The notes under the pieces were generated by a model, which was not told where the DNA came from, did not search any database, and was given only the letters and a program-made list of their open reading frames with translations. A program made the position numbers and the translations under genes. A stretch of DNA of 64,000 nucleotides from Cyanophora paradoxa CCMP329 (taxonomy: Eukaryota > Plantae > Glaucophyta). Positions 56,893 to 64,000 of the stretch are shown in pieces. Each line of letters starts with the position of its first letter. The first letter of the stretch is position 1. Location: positions 32,936 to 96,935 of the forward strand of contig QPMI01000407.1 in the NCBI GenBank assembly GCA_004431415.1, read 5' to 3'.

Positions 56893-58284
56893 CTAATAAA
56901 GACAGATAAAAATAATGCAGGGAGACTGAATATGTCTATAAATTATTCTACGAACACCTGAACCGTCTATAATGAGGAAACTATGCATGAGAGCGCGAAC
57001 ATTAACATCGATTCTTATCTGAAGGCATGTAGAGGTGAGGAATGAAGATGAGGAATTTGTCAGGTCAACAAACCACTGGCAATATTTCGAATCGCCTTTC
57101 TCCATCAATGCAGAAACTTATCCTGAAAGGACATAGCGATCTGCAACCTTATCCATGTTAGAGCATTTGAAGGCATCAGCAATTAGCTCAGCACCTTTGA
57201 GTAGGGAAATTGGCTCAGTGGCAAAAAGTCGCTGTCCATTTATTTCAGTGAATGTTATCTCTTTGGAGTTGGCATAGGTCTTAAGAACACTGTGGGAGCC
57301 ATTGGATTTGTCAACAGTTCATATCACGAACTGAAACAAGCAGAGCATAGACAAGACCTGAGATTTGAGAGAGGTTAATTCGATTGGGTTGGGCATTGCC
57401 CTTGGCAGGGAAAGCAAGCATCTACAAATCCAATATCAAGGGAGGGAATAGCCATGCCAGTAGTCTTTACTTTTTCAATTACAGTAGCGAAAAGCTCATC
57501 AGAAACATTAATAGCATGCATGTAAAGGCGAGGAGAAGTAATTGAAATACAGGGGTTGTTGCACCAAGACTGAAAGTGTGATGTTTTGACCAACATGGGC
57601 AAGTGTAGCATTAGCAGTATCACCAAGACCATCATCTTCTGTCTTATCAGCAGCTGTCCCACCAACAACAGGGAGAGAGCGACCACCATAGGAAGTTTCA
57701 ACATAACCCTTTCCAGCATCCTTAAACCAAACAGTAACAACCATTTCACCAGATAAAGCACCAAGGGGAAGGTAGTGATTTAGCCAAGGCACTGGGATTT
57801 CAACGAAAAATGAGCCACCAAGTCGGTTGGTTCCATGAGCAGGGATGCCATGAACCATGCCCATTGAGCGTTTCTTTTTAGCTAGTTGATCCTCCGAATA
57901 ATAGACCAGGGGGAAATGAGCAAGGAAATCAGAAGGGATGTGGTAGGTGTAAGATCCATAGGTAATTTCAAGTCGCTGAACTAAAGCACCAACTGGGCGA
58001 GTGTATCCATTGCGAACTAGATCTTCACCAGCAAAAGTGATGGCTGGAAGGTCGAAAGCAAGTTCGAGTTTTCCACAGAAATTGTAGCGAGGTAGCTTGA
58101 AGGAAATGCGATTTCCAACATTATTCTCAAAAGTATTGCTGGGATTCACAACAACTAGAACTGGCTTAGACTTGGATTCGAGACCAAGCATAAGGGAGTT
58201 ATCCAGGAAAAAGGCTTTCGCCTCCTCTGGGGTTGTTAGGGCTTCTTTCAGCGAAAGTCTTTGAAGAGTGGAAGTGATATCCAT
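56893..58284 (-). CDS. major capsid protein, frameshifted
   Basis: MDITSTLQRLSLKEALTTP..; LPLGALSGE; GAELIADAFKCSN; FVDLTNSSS, all collinear with 26702-28086. Confidence 0.78.
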
Positions 58285-58329
58285 TATATTCTCTTTTATT
58301 ATACTGCAACATAAAAAATCTACCAATGA

Positions 58330-59339
58330 TCCTTAATTTATGCGAAGCTTGTAATAACTGGATAGGAAGGGTGAAGCTGTGACATTCTCATCTTAAAGTA
58401 TTCATAAACTGGGTCCCTGCTGGCTCATCACCATAGCGAATTTCAAAGGTCAGATGAACAGGTTGACCCTCAAAATCAATTGGTTCATTAATAGCATTTA
58501 CAATATCAACCGAGAAAGTGGATAATCCAACCTTTTATTATAGTATTTGTAAAGTGGATGAGCCTCTGTTGAATTGTAAACAACATGCTCACCATAATCT
58601 TTGTCAGGGACCACTATTTTGTGAAAGTAACCAGTCAGAAGACCATCCCCACATTGCACCAGATCACCCAGCTCCTTTACTCTCACAAACAAAACACTGT
58701 CCCTGGTCTTCTCAGGCTCAAAAGAAGATATAATGCCATTCACTCGACCACCAGTAAAGATTCCATCAGTGAGAGCATCATAAACTTGTGATTGGATTGG
58801 GAATTCCATATCTTCCAGGATCAAGACCAAGCAGTCTAGCTGAACTCAATAGCTTTTGGATTGTTTGTTGGCTTGGGTTCACAGCACTGAGAAAGCCAGT
58901 AAAATGGTACTGCTGAGTGGAATATAATTCGTTTCAGTGATTCATCCCATTTGCAGCGAATGGATGGTTGGGGATTTCTGCCTTCGAATTTAGAGTTAAT
59001 TACATTCACCAGTTGTTGGTGGCTTTGGATGGGGGTGTTTCGACTTATAATGAATTGTTTCCATTGTTCAAGTCAGCAGCTGGGCGAACTGTTGGAATTC
59101 CTGAGCTTCCAGCTCCAGGAGTTTGTTCAGAATAATAAATGCTAAATGCATTGTCAACTGTCACATCTCCCTTTGGTTTCACCACTCACCATAGGGATGC
59201 TGTTATAAAATTCGGCTGAGACCAGTCTCACAGCCCTCACATTCTCATAACTACTGGGGAGTCTAGCCACAAAGCTTGATGTGGGACCATCACCAGAGAT
59301 TGTATTAAATGAGCTAACCTCGATGTAATCCACAGGCAT
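58330..59339 (-). CDS. minor capsid protein 2, frameshifted
   Basis: MPVDY..FVARLPSSYENVRAVRLVSAEF; YNSTEAHPLYKY matches element-1 YDSTEATPLYKY. Confidence 0.78.
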
Positions 59340-59368
59340 TCTTCTTTTATCTATATTTATATATTAAA

Positions 59369-60295
59369 ATGAACGACTTGTTAATATTGATAGCAGGGAT
59401 AGAAGCCAAGGACAAAATGAAAACTCTTACAGGGTCACCCTCACAACTCCAGTAGAGAGACCAAGGGAATGCAGGGTTCTATATGCAGAGATTCCAAACA
59501 GTATCTATAACAGTGTGGGAACTGATCATCTAACAGTTCAGTTTAATTACCAAGATGGTTCATACAATGAAATCATCACACAAAAGTGTATCCCCTTCCC
59601 AGTGGCTACATCAACAGGGTCATTTTGGGGTAACACACCCTTATAATTATGGGCTGAACTATTCAAGCTTCCAAACCATTGCAGGCAAAACAGTAGCTTT
59701 TGAGTTCAAGATATTCTATAACCCAACTACCTATAAAGTGGAGTTTTACAGTAACCATGAGTTTCGTTTTATTGCAAGCAACCAGAGAATAGGGAAGCTT
59801 TTGGGTGTGAGTTCTACTGAATACACCAATGGGTATTATAGCACTCCTCCTGTTGGTGGATCTCCCTATCGACCTGAGAACCTTTTAAAGTATGATGGCA
59901 AACCTATTACACCTGATCACCCAGCATGGGGAATCACCTTCTCAGGACCCAGACTCTCCTCTAAGCCCTTGCAATATTATTTTGACAGCAGGAAGATGTC
60001 TGATATGAATGCTGAGCAGTATCTGTACATGCATATTAAAGAGCTGTCCCCTTTGCCAGCAGACACAATATAATTCCGAAATCGCAACCACATAACCAGG
60101 GGCAATCCTTAGATTGCAATTGAGTAAAGATATAGGTGGCTATGTTTACCATAGTGGTGAGCATGCAGAATTCATTCAGATAAATGACAGAAACCTGGTG
60201 ATAAGGGAACTCACAGTGAGTTTAAAGATTACTTTGGTGAACTGATTGATATGAATGGAATCGATAATTCTTTTCAGTTGGAGTTTATCGAATAA
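59369..60295 (+). CDS. minor capsid protein 1, frameshifted
   Basis: NIDSRDR; PITPDHPAWGI.F..R.SSKPL..DMNAEQYL matches element-1 PVTPSHPEYGVDF..RSEPL..DMNSDQYL. Confidence 0.78.
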
Positions 60296-61833
60296 AGGCA
60301 CCTGTAAAGTCAACTCTCATTGTGGGAGCATTCACATACACAAGGGGATAAATGCGAATATATTGATTCTGAGAGAAAAACCTATGTAAAAAGCATCCTT
60401 GATGCTGAGAGGAAATCCACTCAATAGAGCCACATCACCTGAGTTGTGAGCATTGTTAATGTTCTCACAGACATATATTTTGTTTGCCCATCTGATCGAA
60501 TAAAAGACCAGTTGATCCCATCAGTGGATGTTGCCACATTGAAAGTCTTAATAAAAGCATTGGTGTCCCCTGATCCATAGGCAATCACAGAGGAGAGTTC
60601 AAAAGTATATGGGAAAGCAACTTGAAGGTATTCAGTGGGGGTTTCCCATATCTGCTCAGGAGCATAGGCTCCAGCTTCCCAGCCAAATGCTGAAGGTCTA
60701 GCCATGAAAGGCTCTTTACCTGTCACAGAGGATGAGGCAGTGAAGGCATCATCTGCAAGCTGATACCAATTGCATCCAAAGGAGGTGATGTAGTGAGAGT
60801 GGATGAGATGTAAGCCTTTGAAGGGTTCTTTAATTCATAGTTTGCTACTAGAAGCTGCAAAGCTTATTAATCATATCATTGTTTGCTGCAATGTATGTTT
60901 CAGTGAATGCAAGCATATCTGGGATTTTAGAAGTGTCATCCAGGGAGCTTACTATATGATTTGGAAGAGGGACTGATAGCCTATAGTATCTCCCATAATC
61001 CTGATCATAGTTGTAGGGTAACAACTCCTCCATCTTATCAAGGGCAGAAAGCTCACTTGCAGCCATGAGCATGTTAATCAATGGGCTTCCATCTGTTGAG
61101 GCAATCCATGAGAGAATGCCCCAGCTGTTGACAGTCTCATAAGCATAACCCACATAATCAGACTCTAAATGTGGGTCCACCTCTCCACAAGAGATACTTA
61201 TTACTATAATATCATCATCATCACTGTAAATCTTCTTTGCATGGCTGTAACCACACACACTGGGATTATTGTTTCCCGAAATGGCACCATCAATGAGACA
61301 GACATATACTCCCCGATTGAAATCAACAATGCTTACAGGAGAGAAATATGTAGGAGCAGCAGAAGTAGCCCTAGCAGCAATCTTACAAGGCATAAAGTTG
61401 TAATTGTTGTCATTTGTGATAAATATTGGTTTCATATTCTGAGTATCAAAGGATGTATCACAATGTCCTTTAGGGAATCCTGTATTAGTGATTCACCAGT
61501 AACTGAATTGATTGCAGTCTCCAAGGGTCCCACATCATACTTTGTATTAAAAAGGGCATTTTCGATGATATTTCGAGGATTTGCGAAAATCAAGGGCAGT
61601 TGAGTTAGGTAAATATTGTGTAAATCGTTTGCTGTCAGTTTAGGTTCACCTGGTTTATCAGGATGCCTTATATTCAAACCTATTGCAATGATCCCACCAG
61701 TGGAAGTTCCACTCACAAGATCCACAAGATCGATTATTCTCCTGCCAGTTCGATTTTCGATTTCTTTTAGCAGCCTGGTTATGATAATGCCCCTTGCACC
61801 CCCCCTGAAACTTAAAACGACCTTGAGAGGCAT
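60285..61833 (-). CDS. patatin-like phospholipase + discoidin (F5/8 type C) domain, frameshifted
   Basis: GGARG, GTSTG, ATSAAPTYF, LIDGA. C-terminal FTASSS..YLQVAF..FIKTFNVATSTDGINW..YIRIYP..MRVDF is a clear discoidin pattern. Confidence 0.88.
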
Positions 61834-61876
61834 CTTTTACTTATCAGGAATTTTATAAATCCATATAGTAAAAGCC

Positions 61877-64000
61877 ATGAGCTTCAATTACCCACCAAAT
61901 CTAGAAACCATTCAAGATGATAATGCAAGCAGCACCAAGCATGTGAACTTTGATAATATTAAAGTAAAGGGTTCAGTTTCAATTGACCACAGCTCTGATA
62001 ATTCATCAAAGACTCAATCAAGGGAGCATGCTTTATCTGTGAATCAAACCGATCCAGATAAAGAGGATGTCAGTGTTGCTTTAGTTTGGGTAATGTGAAA
62101 GCAAACCAAGTGGCAGAGATCAAAGCCACCAGAAGGAGACCTAGGAAACTGAAAACCAGTGGCACTCACCCAGATATACCTTCCAGGTTCGATAGTGGTC
62201 GATTGATTTTCAATGTTCAAGATGAGCAGGGCAAACAGAACACAGCTTTGCGAATTTACAATGAGGGCAGCACTGCAAAAGCTGAGGTCCCCCAAGTATT
62301 GCAAGTGGGTCCCATTGCCAACACAAATCAGGTCTCCTACACAAATGATGTCTACCCCAAGGATATTACATATGACTTTGCAAGGAATGAGCCTTTTGGG
62401 TTCTTTACTCCAAAAGATGTCCATCAAAAAAAGCCATCAATTACAATCAACAGTAGCCCCAGTCAACCAGTAGCAATCCATTTACATCCTGATTTAGTCG
62501 AAATGGATAGGCACCTTTTGCCTTTGTATAGCAATGTGAAAGACCTTGGAATTCGAACCAGGCAATGGCGAAATATCCATGGCAGCAATGTGTATGCAAA
62601 TGGGAGAAGCTTGTAGTGAGAACCATAAGGAGATCTTTGAGTATTATGGACCTGTCCCAGTTCCCTTCCATTTCCATGGACCACCGATTTAACACCAAAA
62701 AGCAACCTGGAGAGAATACACAGCAACTGAAGATGTAGCCTTTGGGCAGCATATTGTTAGTTGGGAGCAAGTTCGCAATAAACCTATAATTGAACCCAGA
62801 AAGCAAATAGATGAGCAGTATTTACCTCCTGAAGTCGATATATTAGAGCTTGATGAATATCAATTCGTTCCAGATGAGGAAGAGTATTTACCAGATGGTT
62901 TTGACCCACAAGAATATGAATATGATCAGTTTGACCCCAATGAGGAGGAGATACTACCAGATGGCTTAGATCCCAAGAGTTTGAGTATGAGCAGAACTAT
63001 GAACCTGATGAGGAGTATTTGCCAGATGGGCATGATCCACCAGCTGTTGATATGAGCAACCTTATGAACCCCATGAGGAATTATTACCAGATGGATTTCG
63101 ACCTGAGATCTGGGAGTTCTTTCCTGATTATGAACAAATTAATAATAAACCTGCAAAGTATCCCCCAGAGGATCACAATCATGATTGGGATGAGATCTTA
63201 GGCAAACCTCAAAATACCACCAGAGGATCACAGGCATGATTGGGGTGAAATTGATGGGATTCCAGATAGTTCCACCAAGCAAACATGAACACACTTGGGA
63301 TGAGATCAATGACCAACCAGAATTCGCAAAGTGAGCCTCTTGATAACTTGGGGGTTTCTCTTTACCAGACTTGCAATGTCCCTGAAAGAATCTTTTTGAA
63401 TGAACACTATGTACATGTGAATGGGACACTTGCAAATTCAGCTATGAGAGGACCACTTCATATTAGGACATTACCAGGCTCTTTTGAAACCCCACCACCA
63501 CCAGGAGCAACCATACCAAATATCTTTGTGTCAAGCTACATGGAGGCTGACATTCCCACAGATACATTCAGAGTCCCAACAGACCCAGCAACCTACCAAA
63601 ATTACAACTCTGCTATACAGGTTCATGTAGCAGATGTAAGCAGTTAGATGGCTCAAGACCAATGATAGTTTCAGTCGAGATAAGTATTCCTACATTCCCA
63701 TAGTGGGAACTGCAAATGATAATTATGGAGGGCAGAGCTTGCATGGATTAAAACAGATTATGGTGGGGTTCTGGAAGCCAATCAGAGGATGGCTGCAAAA
63801 AACATACACAATGAAAATATTTCGAGAGTGGTCACAGAGGATTACCTTACTGCTGTAATCTTGTAATTTCGTAACTCTTGCTATGCTTGGAATTATGTAA
63901 CAAAATGAACTTGCTGATGAATTATCTAAGTATCTTCCACTTGTTGGGTGGGACAATCACAGGAAACCTTACAGTAAATAGTAATATTTACAGTAGCAAT
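61877..64000 (+). CDS. viral fibre-like protein, frameshifted, runs off the window
   Basis: SRFDSGRLIF, DRHLLP..DLGIRTRQWRNIHG, LPDG.DP repeats, YPPEDHxHDW repeats and PERIFLNEHYVH, homologous to 19607-22855. Confidence 0.8.

Larger units (their letters stand above)
45370..64000. mobile_element. endogenous Polinton-like virus, element 2 (continues beyond the window)
   Basis: AT-rich intronless block: integrase, pPolB, PrimPol-D5 helicase, ATPase, MCP, two pentons, patatin, fibre. The virion block mirrors element 1. Left boundary approximate (45.13-45.4 kb). Confidence 0.9.

Noticed and set aside
19795-64000. Bacterial prophage or contamination (phage-like fibre, patatin)
   Set aside because: The gene set (pPolB, rve integrase, A32 ATPase, jelly-roll capsids) is that of eukaryotic Polinton-like viruses; no terminase, portal or Shine-Dalgarno pattern.

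Overview
This is eukaryotic (protist/alga-like) genomic DNA with short spliceosomal introns. Host genes: an XPG/RAD2 nuclease (1.0-5.5 kb), an F-box-like gene, a leishmanolysin fragment, a CCDC112-like gene whose 3' half is duplicated, and a large WD40 secreted/membrane protein (35.8-40.9 kb). These are interspersed with a ~3.55-kb foldback element, a TIR element and MITEs. The dominant feature is two related endogenous Polinton-like viruses in mirror orientation: element 1 (~19.8-35.7 kb, left end lost) and element 2 (~45.4 kb to beyond the window). Both carry the same virion block: a phage-type HxH fibre head-to-head with a patatin phospholipase-discoidin fusion, two head-to-head minor capsid genes, a double jelly-roll-type major capsid gene, an A32-like packaging ATPase and a conserved hypothetical gene. 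No adenain-type protease is visible. The replication blocks differ. Element 1 has an exonuclease-intact pPolB and an rve integrase. Element 2 has an endonuclease-VII-type pPolB with an eroded exonuclease, an integrase and a PrimPol-D5 helicase; this block is bracketed by inverted iteron palindromes, and the element is strongly CpG-depleted. Many viral frameshifts look like homopolymer consensus errors. All family calls are by-eye motif recognition, with no database search. Exon and element boundaries are approximate.
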